A DNA stretch of 64,000 bases from Octopus sinensis (GCF_006345805.1 NC_043014.1:28830001-28894000), one strand, 5' to 3'; shown: positions 12,799-25,852, counted from the first letter of the stretch. The notes: generated by a model not told the origin, from the sequence alone. Made by a program: numbers and translations.

Positions 12799-14690
12799 CA
12801 CAAGGGAACAGTTTTCAACATAATTTCTGTCGAGTTTTCTTTTTCACTTGATTTACACTAAAATTGGCATGCTGATCGCAAAATTAGAGTCAGTCTTCTT
12901 TAATCACTTCAAGTTTTTTTTTCTACAGTTTACTCTCTGAATAAGCACAATTGTATTGTCTGTCCATAAGTAATAGGGATGGTCAGCTGCTTTTATTATC
13001 TTGTTGATAACACTGGGAAACATTCTGAAAAAAAAATGTCTGTTGTCTTGCTTTTTACAATTACTCCTGCCAAATTTGATGGTACTGGATTCAAAAATTT
13101 CTTTCATGTCAAATTTTTTGTTAAACAGGAATATATTTTTTACCAATGAAAAAAGTCAATTTTACCATTACTAAGAAAGTAACACGAACCAAATAGTACT
13201 TATTATGGATTAACACATAATTAGACAAAATTTTTAATTACACATCTTAGGATAGACATTTCTGTTAAACTGGAGTTTCAGTCGTTCGAGGAGTGAATCT
13301 TCTCTTTGGGGCTTTGCGTGAATAACTTGCAGCATAATAGTGTCTTTGCAAAGACCAGTATTCATCAGCCTTCATGTTTGTGTTCCACTTACCTCGATGC
13401 CTAGTTTCTATGGTCTCAATGTCTTGGTGGAATCTTTCTCTTTACTCATCACTTATGGCACTATGATTTTAAGGGAAATAGTCCGGATGACAGGGCAGAA
13501 AAAGCAGTGCTCGACAAGTGGTTAAAAGGGTCTGCACAAGTTCTTTATGATTTAATGACTTCCCATTTCCCAGGAAATCAGGCAAAACTGCGCCAAAAGC
13601 ATTCCACACTTCTTTTTCAACGCCAGACTTGGTCTCCAAATAGTGCCCGTCATGCAATATTCACCTAATTTGTGGCCTGTCAAACACCAAATTCAATTTT
13701 CTCACAAGACAAAGCTGGAAACTTTCTGCTTAGGTATTTGAAACAGTCACTGTCTTAGTGTTTGAACACAATATGGGGTGTCCAGGCTTTGTTTTGATCA
13801 CTCGGTTTCATGCCAAATTAAGTAAAGTAAGATTTCTTCACAAATTCTGTGATTTTGTTCCGCTGACTTGGTAAAGTGTATGAACCAAAAATATTGCAGA
13901 AGACAAATGGTCTGTTTTATCTTTCTTCTCTCACAACTGGGCATATTTCTGATATACAAAATATATGTTCAAGCCAATTGTTCCTTGGGCAAAGCATTGT
14001 CAGAATTGCCAAGTTATAAAGTAAGCAACTACAGATTTGTGATGGCAAAGTTCCATAAAAAGCATACATACCATGCAGTTCTTTTAACAGTTATTTGACA
14101 ATGCTCGACGAAAAGTGGCCTTGGCCCGTGTGACATCACAATTAAAACATTAGGGTGCATTCAGAATACCAATTTTCATAAGAAATAGTTAAATGTTCAA
14201 CAAGACATGTCTCACCTGGTTTGCAATGATTACCACACTAAATCAAACACAGTGTAGGCATATCTGCTGACACATTTCATAAAGATGAGACATGTATGAT
14301 ATCAAGGACCAGAGAAATGTGTTGTGTTTTAACATCTAATTGTATAAAGGCCATTTCTGTCATCGTCATCACATTTAACGGGTTAAATTGAAAATAGTGA
14401 AAGTTGCTCAAGTTTGATGCATTTTGTTTAGTAGAGATACATCATGACCTTTGATTTCGCTTTTGTTGTTACATTTACTTTAAATAACATTGAAAAACTA
14501 TGTTTCCAAAGATATGTCAAGCTCCATACATGGGTCTGCATTTGATGAAGTCAAATCTATCTTTAGAAATGGTGACAAAACCGGAAAAGTTGCAAAATGG
14601 ACATCGGAGTTTGAGAAAAATCTTGACGTGGTAAAGCAAAATGGGTTTCATGTTTGAAATCAAAACCTAAAAATTACTAGGGAACATGTC
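12799..14690 (-). mobile_element. Decayed Chapaev3-like (CMC superfamily) DNA transposon
   Basis: Frameshifted minus-strand transposase motifs DCFKYLSRKFPALS.EKI..GVFD.PQIR, GVEKEVWNAF..V..DFLGN.K..NHKELV..LL, and ISDE..ERFHQDIETIETRHRGKWNTNM.A at about 13320-13780, which I recall as Chapaev3-type; left end begins CAC at 12799; right end not resolved. Confidence 0.7.
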
Positions 14691-15145
14691 TCCCACACCA
14701 GACAATAAAGGACGCGTAGTATACTTGTGTGTGTTGGTTACTTGTGTGTGCAAGATACTTGAGTTGAGAAAAAAATTGAGAATTTTTAAAGTGAAATCTT
14801 CTAACAAGGGCATTTGGTTCGATGTAAATGAGTTGAACTTACATCAACTGAGAATCGAAAGCAAAATCTGCTGTCCACTAATTGCAAGCTTTTGTCTTAA
14901 TCTATGCTATTACAAACCATTCTCTATATGTGAATAGTATGTGTGTACGTATATATGAATTTATATATTATGTATATGTGTATATATATATATACAACAA
15001 CATCCGGAATACGTTAGCATGCAGTTCCGAGTAACGAGTCACTCAGATTCTGCTCTGAATATTTGAATAAATATGTTTTTTTTCCTACCAACTAAAATTG
15101 CATACATTCTTTCTCATCATTGCATTCCAAACCATTCAATTCCAA

Positions 15146-15217
<72 letters not shown>

Positions 15218-15999
15218 TGTGTTGTCCAGGATCATTAATATGTACATTTACATACACATTTAGATGTACAGAATCATGCACTCGGATATATTGGAGAGGA
15301 AGGTGTTAAATTACAGCCGTCAGCTTATAAAGTATTTACGTTTATATAGACATTCACGAGTATACGACTATACAGTTACAAACATAAACGTACGTTCATC
15401 GACTACAATTATTCTTTATGCACGATTATATACAAGAAGTCAAAAGTCTGTCTCTACAGGCATTTCCAAGTCTACGTACTAATATTTACTTATGCAGTCT
15501 CGAGTGAGATCCCTTGTTGCTTATCAATTGCGATATGATCAATTGGATTTGGGTATTTTGCGTCAGGGGAAGTCTCGGCGTGCTTGTGTATATATTTCGG
15601 CGCTGTATGTTTATAAAACAATTGTATAATTCATTAAGATACGTATAAATATATTCAATATACAAAAAACAAAAAAAAATTGCATGGAAGTCAGCGATCA
15701 TAGAGATATAATTAAATCATATATGGAAAACAGAAGTTTAATGATGAATATAAGTTTGACTTTTATGGGGCGAATGTGTTGATAACAGGACTAATGTTAA
15801 AATACAGAGCAAAGTTTTGGAAGAGCTTTCCAGTCGAGTGGAAATGAAAAGATTATGGTTTAAGAATTTGTTGGGTTTAAAATATATTTTTTGATAATAT
15901 TCCTAATATATTTATATGATAAGCTTAAACAATTAGAGAAATTACAGTCACAATCAAGAAAAATAAAGCACTCGTTTAAAGATACGCAGGGAGACTTGC

Positions 16000-16965
16000 T
16001 GATTAAATATAAAGAAATATAGAGGAATTGGAAGACAATTTTTGAAGCAGTATTAAAAAGGTGAATTCTGTTCCTCCAATTGGATGGTATTTGGACATTT
16101 AAACGAGAAAATTATATTAGCTGAGTTAGCAAAGGTTATAAAACAATGAAATAATTAAAAATCCTGAAGTGTAGACAGAACAGAATCGCACACGAAATGG
16201 TGAGAACTGACGGAATCATACCACCAGTTGTGCTCCCAATAGTCATTAATCGCATCTGAAAAACAGGTGAAATTTCCAGAGGATGCAAGCAAATAACTAT
16301 AATTAAAGTGTTCACGAAGTAAAATTGTGTTCGTGTGTGAGGGACATGGAAAGGTTCTTTAGTCTGTCAGCTATGGATAGGAAAGTATTCTGCAGGGTAA
16401 CTTTAAGCAAAGTTGAGACTTGTTGATATTCTCCTGAGGGAGTAGCAAGCAGAATTTCAGAAATGGGGAGGGTCTACGATGGCCAAATCTTTAGTATAAC
16501 GCCTATTACCCAACAAGCAAATGAAAGGAGAATGTCATAAAGCGTGTGTTTCGTTGAGTTGTAGAAAGCTTTTCATAGTATAACACTAGCATTGGCGAAC
16601 TTAATGAGAACATATGGTATACTCAAAATATCTGCTGACGTAATTTCAAAATACTTGAAAAAACATGTGCCAATAAATCATCAATGGAACACTCACTGAA
16701 CCTCTTGAGGAATAATATGAGGAATATATTGTATATTTAAGAAGGTTGTAGCTGATCTAATCTAGATTATGCTAACGATGATTGCAAGAACAATAGAACA
16801 AGTGCATGGAATATTAAATAGTTTAATAAGATATAAATGCAAATCCATTTTGTTATTGGTTGTTCACAGGCAGAAATCGTGAATGTAAATTATATCAATT
16901 GCAACTTTGGAGGAGAAATAATAAACAGCTGTTCACTTAAAGAAGTTAGAACTTTGGCTGTGAGT
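16000..16965 (+). mobile_element. Heavily decayed RTE-like LINE reverse transcriptase region
   Basis: Broken motifs in RT order: K.P..DRI..EMV.T.G, IWKTGE.PE, ESQA.FR.GRGST..QIFSI (about 16440-16500), and LDYAND (YADD-like) at 16762-16779. Confidence 0.6.
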
Positions 16966-17989
16966 AAGGATTTAGTTGGTTTGGAGTTAGGGGAATGAAC
17001 TTATAAAAAGAAAAAGCAAAAAGAAAAAAACAGAACAAGCAATGGGCATGTTAGATTTTATATAAAATACCGACTACATGAGTGTATATATTTATGTATG
17101 TGTGTGCATGTGTGTGTATGTGTGTGTGTGTGTGTGTTCTAGGAAAGATCAATATGAACTAAAATAATTTCGTGGAATATTAAAACACGGGTATCAAAAT
17201 CATGTCACAACAACAGAGTGAGAGACGGATAGAAAATGTAACAATGATGAAGATAGTTGAGGCACGTCTATCAATAAGATGCAAGCATTGCCCATGATGA
17301 AACTTGTTAGAGTGTAGAGGAAAATCACGGGTAAAAGCGACATGACGAAAGCAAATTTAAGAAGTTTCTACCGTCTAAAACAGGTATCAAATGCTTGAAG
17401 TATTCGGTAAAAATGCATCGAAACTCCATATAACTCATAGATAATTAGAAACTGTTTTGGCGTTTGTGTTTATTGAGATTTTTAGCTTGAACCTTCTGAA
17501 TATACTATTTAGTATTTCTATAAACTTGTAAATTGTTATGTCAATTCATATAGGATACAGCTTGCCAGTCATCTATGCCTAATCCTATGCTAGAGTCGCA
17601 TGCACTATTTTTAGTAGTTGTTGAACTCCACATCGACCCTGATTGAAAAGACCAGCGATCAATGGTATCCGAGCAGTGACTTTTGAGTATTTTCCTATGT
17701 GCGAGAAAACCAGGATTACGATAACAAACGTATTCTATTCTGAGATGATAGCGCGTTTTAAGCGAGATTTGACTGTTATTTGTAGAGTATCGAGTGAACA
17801 TGTTGAGGTATCTGCCTGGTTCACGCTGTGTGAATTAGTTTGATTAGCGTATATAATCAAAGTTATTATTTCTGATACATTGTAAACACAAAGGGGCAGC
17901 TATTGAAGTGGTTATTTCGCGTTTCTTGATCCAAATGGCGTCTTCATGATAAAAGAGAGACTTTTGTTGCTCATCGTCATACTAATATC

Positions 17990-18202
17990 CTTTCTGCTTA
18001 TAGACACAAGGCCTGAAATTTTGGGTGAGGGGTAAGTCGATTACATCGACTCCAGCATACACCTGGTACTTAATTTATCGACCCCGAAAGGATAAAAGGC
18101 AAAGTCGACCTCCGTGGAATTTGAACTCAGAACGTAGCGGTAGACGAAATACTGCTAAGCATTTCGCCCGGCATGCTAACGGTTATGCATGTTCCCTACC
18201 TT
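17990..18202 (-). mobile_element. SINE family B, tail B2
   Basis: Reverse complement of B core and head; tail CACAAGGCCTGAAATTTTGGG. Confidence 0.85.
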
Positions 18203-18674
18203 CATCATTATACTAATATCGCTGTCAGTTCTGGTGGGTGAATAATTAGGATTTCTGAAAACTGATTCTTTCAGAAGAATAGTTTTAGAAATGGACGGGT
18301 AATATTTTGCAACATTAAAACGGGGAAAATCTGCAGTGAGATGTATTTTCAATAAACTACTACTATTTGCAATGAATTATTTCATTACGATGCCACAGCT
18401 GTCCAATTGTAATAAGTTTATGTTTTGTCTAATCTTAGGGTTTATATAGTCTGGTGTATTCTTGGTACCCATTCTCAGTTAAGTTTTGGTCGAGTTCTCA
18501 AGCCTGCGCTGTTAGTAGGATATGAAGTTTTAATGTGGTGTAATGTGGAATGAGGCGTTTGGTACGGTTTTCTCTATCAATTTATTTTTTTTTTAATTTT
18601 TCAACTACTTTTAATTCATGTTTTTTTTTATGTTGCAAGTATTGAGGCTTTCTTTACATGTTTTTGCTGTACAT

Positions 18675-18860
18675 AGGTGTAGGAGTGACTGTGTGGTAAG
18701 TAGCTTGCTTACGAATCACATGGTTCCAGGTTCAGTCCACTGCGAGGTACCTTGGGCAAGTGTCTTCTGCTATAGCCTCGAAAACAAATCCCTTGTAAGT
18801 GGATTTGGTAGACGGAAACTGAAAGAAACCCGTCGTATATATGTATGTAATATATATATA

Positions 18861-18951
<91 letters not shown>

Positions 18952-19166
18952 TGTGTCTGTGTGTCCCCCAACATCGCTTGACAACCGATGCTGGTGTGTT
19001 TACGTCCCCTTAACTTAGCGGTTCGGCAAAAGAGACCGATAGAATAAGTACTAGGCTTCCAAAGAATAAGTCCTGGGGTCGATTTGCCCGACTAAAGGCG
19101 GTGCTCCCGCATGGCCACAATCAAATGACTGAAACAAGTAAAAGAGTAAAAGAGTAAAAAAGAGTA
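18675..19166 (+). mobile_element. SINE family A, full length, with internal (TA)n(TG)n
   Basis: Head TGTGTGGTAAG (A box) and GGTTCAGTCC (B box), CTTGGGCAAGTGTCTT block, internal microsatellite, 3' GGCGGTGCTCC.GCATGGCC...GACTGAAACAAG(TAAAAGAG)n. Confidence 0.92.
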
Positions 19167-19499
19167 CTCCCACATAATTTCGTCTGCTTGCTTTTGTCTT
19201 GTTATTAGCATTGTCAGCTTCATCATATATTGGGTGAGATTTCAGATGAGTGATTCTATATGAGTGATAAGCTTGTTTGGTAGGTTTAGCCAAATCGGTT
19301 TCATATTATACATGGTCATTTATTGTCTAAAGATAGCTTTATTTGTGCTGAAGGCAGACTTAGGGATTTGTTTTCGACTGTTGAATGTTGCCGGTCGAAA
19401 ACCATGTGAGTGATATTTGGTGATTTGAATACAGACGAAAGGTCGTAATTTATATAAATGCCAAAAACGATCACTCCACCCCATAAACACATAAGGTTA

Positions 19500-19685
19500 G
19501 TTTACTGGAGTCTGTGGCGTGTATATATTTCCTATCTCAGAAGGGACAGCTGAGTGGACTGGAGCCACGGGAAATGAAGTGTTTTGGTTTGCTCAAGAGC
19601 ACAACACATTACCCGGACCAGGATTCGAAACCATAATCTTTCGATTATGTGTACAACACTCTTAACCACTAAGCCACGCGCCTCC
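19500..19685 (-). mobile_element. SINE family D, partial
   Basis: CAGCTGAGTGGACTGGAGC...TAACCACTAAGCCACGCGCCTCC matches the head at 10180-10315. Confidence 0.8.
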
Positions 19686-19974
19686 ACACAGAGACAGGTA
19701 CGGCTTGCGTGTAAGAGAGCGAGAAAGGGGGGAAGATAGGGCGAGTGAGTATATGTGTGTGCAGGTGTGTGCCTGTGTCTGTGTGTAATATGGATGCACT
19801 AATTACCAAAACGTGGTATTTAATTCTAATCGAATAATTTATCTTTACACAGGCGAGAAATTTTCTTTCAATAAGGGCCAGGTGAAAACACACACACACA
19901 CGCATCTACACACACACGCACACTAACACACACACAAGGACATATATATCACATATTATACACATATGTATATT

Positions 19975-20008
<34 letters not shown>

Positions 20009-20035
20009 CATATATGTAATATTATATATATATAT

Positions 20036-20068
<33 letters not shown>

Positions 20069-20071
20069 GTA

Positions 20072-20160
<89 letters not shown>

Positions 20161-20193
20161 GTATATATATATGTATATATATATATGTATATA
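19975..20193. repeat. Long (TA)n microsatellite
   Basis: Direct repeat; abuts the CR1 tail. Confidence 0.95.
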
Positions 20194-21040
20194 TACTTTG
20201 ATACTTTGATACTTTGATAGGTTTCGGCCATTATTGGCCCAGGCCATGTCTAACTTAATAGCACCACCTGGTGAAGTCTTTCAAGTCAGAATTTGGGCAC
20301 TATGGCCCACTCAAGTAGAGAGTTATTGTTTACAGAGACATATCCGGGTGTAGGGGGTTTATCCGGGATTTCTTGAAGGAATCTGTCCAAAGACTTCTTG
20401 AACCCTATAGGGTCAGTTTCTGTTTTAATGTGTTTTGGTGTAATGTTAAAGAGAGCGGGGCCAATTGAGGTGAAATAATTGTGCCGTATTGTTGTTATGA
20501 GATGAGAGTGCGATTTTTGTTTTGGGCGGATGGCACGGGCCCAAGCCTTGGATGTACCTAAAGTGATGCCAACATCATTTGGGCAATGCTGATGAATATT
20601 TTCCACATCATGCAGATGATGTAGCGCTCACGACGACGTTGGAGAGAATAAGTTTTAGCTTTTCTAGTCGACCCCAATAGTCGAGGCCTGTCATGCCATC
20701 TATCTTTCTTGTGATTGCCCATTGATGCTTCAACTTTTATGATACTTTGTATTGTGTGGGGAGACCACAGTGGACAACAGTATTCAAGGTGGGGTCGGGC
20801 AAAAGTGGAGAAGAGAAGGATAATGGTGTGGATATCTCTCGACTGGAAAGTTCTGAGAATCCAGGAACACATTCTGCGGGCCATGTCAACTTTGGTGTTT
20901 ATATGAGTGGCCCAGCTTATGTTGTTGTCCACAATTACTCCCAAGTCTCTGATGTTGTTGGACGCCGCGAGAGTTTCACCTGAAGGAAGGGAGTATGGGA
21001 GTTTGAGGGCATCCTCTTTTCCAAAGTGGATTAACTCAAA
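20194..21040 (-). mobile_element. CR1-like LINE, 5'-truncated ORF2 C-terminus plus 3' UTR, with (TATCAAAG)n tail
   Basis: FELIHFG...RDLGVIVDNNISW..HI...V..A.RM..WILRTF.SRD...LF....RPHLEYCCPLWSP, then SLQRRRERY and F...GP.LFN..P..I...FKK.LD.FL..IPD.P; one frameshift; three copies of an 8-bp tail unit. Confidence 0.92.
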
Positions 21041-21571
21041 TATATGTATATATATGTATATATGTATATATGTATATATAAAATAAATATAAGAGAGTGG
21101 TCACTATATGGCTCACTCTAGCACCAGTTAATCCAAAAGGTTTCAACCAACCACAAAAATACATGTTTCCCATAAAGTCAGTACGATTGTTAGCTCACAC
21201 GGACAGGGCAAATAAAAAATAACAAAAATACAGATTATTTTGGGACAATTGTTTCGCTATTAATGAATTAAATGTAATTTTACTTACAAAAAAATCCACT
21301 TGTAGCTCCTCAGCCAAAACTATCTGGATGAAATCCACTCAATCACACGCCAGATTTTACCATAACGATAAATACGCGTGTGGTTCAATTGATTACATCC
21401 GACGTTATAATTCAAATGCCCCAACTAACAGCGCGCCAAATTTTCACGGAAAACAAATACAGCATTTAGAAATAAATGCAGCATAATTATAATTAATTAA
21501 TAAGGGTGAGAGAATTAGATACTAATTTAATAGTATATCTATTCTACACCAAGTGGCCTAGTGCTCCGATG

Positions 21572-21597
<26 letters not shown>

Positions 21598-21602
<5 letters not shown>

Positions 21603-21672
21603 TTAGATAAACTTAGATATGTTTCGACCAAAGATTTGTCCAGGCCATGTCTAACTTAATAGCACCACCTGA
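21598..21672 (-). mobile_element. Second CR1-like 3' terminus with a different tail unit
   Basis: 32-bp CCAGGCCATGTCTAACTTAATAGCACCACCTG identical at 20239-20270 and 21640-21671; tail unit TAAACTTAGA x2. Confidence 0.8.
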
Positions 21673-21707
21673 TAGGATTATTTGAATCCTGTTTAAGTCA
21701 AGTTTTG

Positions 21708-21743
<36 letters not shown>

Positions 21744-21788
21744 TTTCGATGCGAATCGCCATAAGTTTTAAGCTTATATAAAAATACC

Positions 21789-21824
<36 letters not shown>

Positions 21825-22822
21825 ATATGCACGTATATTTTATAACGTCTAAGTGCAAATTTCGTGTATATACATGCATGCATGTATATATGTACATATA
21901 TGTGTATATATATATATGTCTATATAAGCCGCTGTATGCCGTGCGGGCTAGTTTCAGTTGTTGGATGTATGTGTATCTAAAAACACATTATTTCAAATTT
22001 CCTCTGACCTAACTCTATGTGTAGAAAGTCAGGGTCTTGTTTCTGTATCTAGCTGTTTTAATCTCGCCTTAATCCTTAATCCATCTAATACAGTTTGAGA
22101 CGGAGGCGAAGTGCTGCAAAAACTTCTTAATCACTTCTTAAGTTATTTTCTGCTACAGCTACTTAAAGGATTTGTAAACCAATAGATATCTTATTAACGA
22201 ATATTGTATGTATACACTTGTTACACATGGAGAGCCATATGTGTTTATGTATAGGTGGGTTATTTTATGTTGGAGAGGAAGAGAGAAGGCAAGATAGAGA
22301 AAGAGAGATTTAGAGGAGTGAGAAAGAGAGAGAAAGAGACACAGACGGAGAGTGAAAGATAGAAAATGAAAGTAGTCAAAAAGTGGGAGATACTGATAGT
22401 GTGTGTGTGTGTGTGTGTGAGGGTGAGAGAGAGGGAGAGTTGTTTTGAGTTAATGAGAATGTTTGTGTTAGAGAGATATGGGATAGAGAGAGAGAGGGGG
22501 AGATGGAGAGAGGGGGAGGAAAGGTGGACTGAGTGATAGAGAAATACAAAGAGAAAATGTGTGCAAGCAAGTTAGAGAGAAAAAGTGTCAATCTATGTTA
22601 AAGTGTGTTTGAGAGAGAGAGAGACAGGAGGAAAGAAAGAGAGAGAGAGGAAAATAGAGAAAGAGAGAAGACAGAGAGACAGGCAGACAGAGAGACAGAA
22701 AGACAGAGAGACAGAAACAAAGAGTGCCAAACCAATAGCTTCTGAGTCTGTATGCAAGAATGCGTGTGTTTGTGGGTTTGAAAGATTAACAGTAAAGGGG
22801 TTAGACGTAGACGGTCTGTGTG

Positions 22823-22863
<41 letters not shown>

Positions 22864-22887
22864 TGTGTGTGTGTGGTGTGCGCGCGC

Positions 22888-22925
<38 letters not shown>

Positions 22926-23064
22926 GTGTGCTATTGAAAGAGACCGTCAGACAGAGAACGAAACAGAAATAAACAGGCAGAATTTGTATGCGTCAGAGAG
23001 AGAGAGGAAACTGAAAACAAAAAGCGTAAATGTGTGCGTGTGTGAGACAGTGTGTGTGTTTGTG

Positions 23065-23106
<42 letters not shown>

Positions 23107-24207
23107 TGCGAGTATGTATGTGTGTTTATGCGCACGCACAAACACACACATACACACGCTTGTTTAAACGATGGCGATATAAACTCATAGCACTGACTTT
23201 ATGCAGATTCGGTGTGCATGTTCCCTTTTTAAATATCTAGTTTGATGACCTAAGTTTTTACTGCCTAGGTCCATATGCATCTCTCTCTTTATATATATAT
23301 ATAAGATATGTTTTTGTGTAATTTAATAAAGGGCAAAGAAAGAGAAACTACGTCGTAATCAACTTCATTATATTCTAAACTTTAGAAGCTCCGAGGAAGA
23401 TATAAGGTGATGCATAAACACTTAGCTCTGAATGACTGCATCATATTGCAGAAACAGCAGTTAGCTAATGAAGTAGATTTACGTAATTTTTGTGCTCATG
23501 ACATTTGCTTAATTTCAGATTGCGATCTCTACTCGCCTAACGCTCTATCCTGAAGCAAATGTATATTTATTGAGTTCCAACACCAGGTTAATAGTATCAT
23601 TCTGCCTTAGCAAAATTTCAAATATATATAATATATGTTTTGTTCTATACCTTCTTTGTTGAAATTCTGCTGTGAGAGATTAGATTTACCTGCCCCCTGT
23701 TTCTTTCGGTTTTTTGTCCTCTCTCTCCCCGATGTCCGTGAAATATTTAATTCTTAACGAACATGTGGTACCTCTATTACATTGTTATGTCTTAAATAGT
23801 ATTCGCATATGATAAAGTCCTGGGTAAACTATTGTTGAAACAAAACAGCTACAAAGAAATTGTGGTTTGACTGCCCATGATTACAAATATTGATCATTGA
23901 CTAATTGCTTAAAATGAAGTACATTTGTAGCCACACGGATAACCCATCCATTTGCATTACAACCAAAAGTTATTAACCCAGAGAAAGCGAAGGAATCTAC
24001 GTGGTTGCTCAATCTGTTAAACGTAGCAGCGATATCTTCCTCAAGTTACACACTATGGTCTTCTGTAGAGAAATTATACTTTCAATAATATAGATGCAGA
24101 TATCCATAAAAACAGACAGGACGGTCTTGTCCGGAATGCTTTTGGTCCTTCTTTGATCTGTGACTAAACTAAAATAATTGAGATTTTAACGGCTAGTGAC
24201 ATTCGAC

Positions 24208-24753
24208 ATTTTGCTTTTGTGACCTGAACATCAATGTTCTGAAACAGACTTATTTTCCATTACATTTCAGACAGATTCAACGCTGAGTTGCTGAAACAGA
24301 AATATCGTTACAGCAAATATTCTGGTTTGACTTTAACCACTTGAGCGTGTGTCTTAGTGGCTGACAATAAGTCGATCTCATCTGGACTCATACACATAAG
24401 AGAAGAATAACACAATGTAACACGTATTTTATCCTTGGGTAGTAACTGTTGTTTCCTATTTACTTACCCCTAGAAAGTATGAAAAATGGCTAATATTTCC
24501 TTCAAACTTCGCTTTTGTTACATTTATTCAAACCGCTCAATACATGACTATAATACTCCTCATTACTCTTACTCATGATCAGAGATGCACGTATTGTCAT
24601 CCACTAAGGGACATGCTCAAGTGGTTAAAGTCAAAACAGAATATTTGCTGTAACAATATTTCTGGTTCAGGAACTCAGCGTTGAATCTGTCTGAAATGTA
24701 ATGGAAAATAATTCAGTTTGAGAACATTGATGTCCAGGTCACAAAAGCAAAAT
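24208..24753. mobile_element. Fold-back element with inverted arms of about 170 bp
   Basis: 24208-24379 is the reverse complement of 24581-24753 (e.g. TTTTGCTTTTGTGACCTG.ACATCAATGTTCT versus AGAACATTGATGTCCAGGTCACAAAAGCAAAA); spacer about 200 bp. Confidence 0.8.
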
Positions 24754-25687
24754 TTTCAGGGAATAGTAGTCAATTCCTTTGATTTCTATTTAAAAGCAAA
24801 TAAGATATAACACTTACTGACCAAAGACAACAAACAAATTAAAATTTTGTTACAAACTGTAATCGAAAATTATTTCCTCGTATATTGCTATTACGAATCT
24901 CATGGAACGAATAATAGGTGATTGTTATGTGTTGTATTATTTGAGGCAAATGACACGAGTTGTCACAAGGACTGGCTCCACTGTTGAGTTGGAGAGGTCG
25001 GAGTAAATTTTAAAAAAAATTCAAATCTTTTCCCACTGATTATTCAGAGAGGGCATGATTTTTACTTTTTAGACTCTCCTGCTCTCGTGGAAGAATGGGA
25101 GGAGGTTTTCTTCAAAATAGAGACTATGCACCGAATGTTAACAACAGATTGAACTCTTTACTAAAGGCACTCTAGAGACAGGTGATGAAGTGGAACCGGA
25201 ACATGTATTAAGCATGCTACCCATGAAGCAGGGTAGAAATAAACGGAACGAATACTGGAAGGCCTCAGGCGCTATAACACCCCACTGGACATGAGCTTTA
25301 TTCCATTGACCCCAAAACTGATTTCAACTGAGAGCGTTGAGTGGTGAGGAAAATAACGCAGAGCATTTTTGTCCTACATTCTAACGAATCTGCCAATCCG
25401 TTCACTTTATTGTTGAATAGCTCCTATGCGCTTTGATTGAACTAATCTACGTCACGTACTCTGTTGTTTTTGTTATTGTTTAGCTACTGGGCAAAACTAA
25501 GTGATTTGAGGAATCTGAGCCGTGACTTTCTCATATATTTTTCCGATATATTGTATGCAAAACTATTTTCCTTCCTTTTTGGTAAGACCATAAGGTGTGA
25601 TTGAAGGAAGGTTTGGCTGTATATTACAGGATGTGAAATGAGCGCGCTGTCTCATGTATGTCCCTCGACCGATTACTAGAAGTGAAC

Positions 25688-25803
25688 CTCGTACTTATTC
25701 TATTAGTCTCTCTTTCCGAACCGCTAAGTTACGGGAATATAAACACACCAATATCGGTTGTCAAGCGATGGTGGGGGAAAAACACAGGCACAAAAGTACA
25801 TAC

Positions 25804-25852
<49 letters not shown>

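Larger units (their letters stand above)
10330..14765. repeat. Old degenerate minisatellite (about 14-17 bp, consensus near RGATACTTGTGTGTGTA) interrupted by several insertions
   Basis: GATACTTGTG/GATAACTG/AATACTTGTG variants recur throughout 10330-10820, 11200-11426, 11746-12230 and 12640-12795, and again at 14710-14765. Confidence 0.65.

Noticed and set aside
12904-13146. 80-aa non-repetitive ORF inside the Chapaev3-like element
   Set aside because: No recognisable motif; AT-rich composition; cannot be supported as a gene.
21740-21790. Hammerhead-like string on the minus strand (CTTATGGCGATTCGCATCGAAAGC) between (TA)n arrays
   Set aside because: The CUGANGA core is violated at two positions and stems I and III are not evident.
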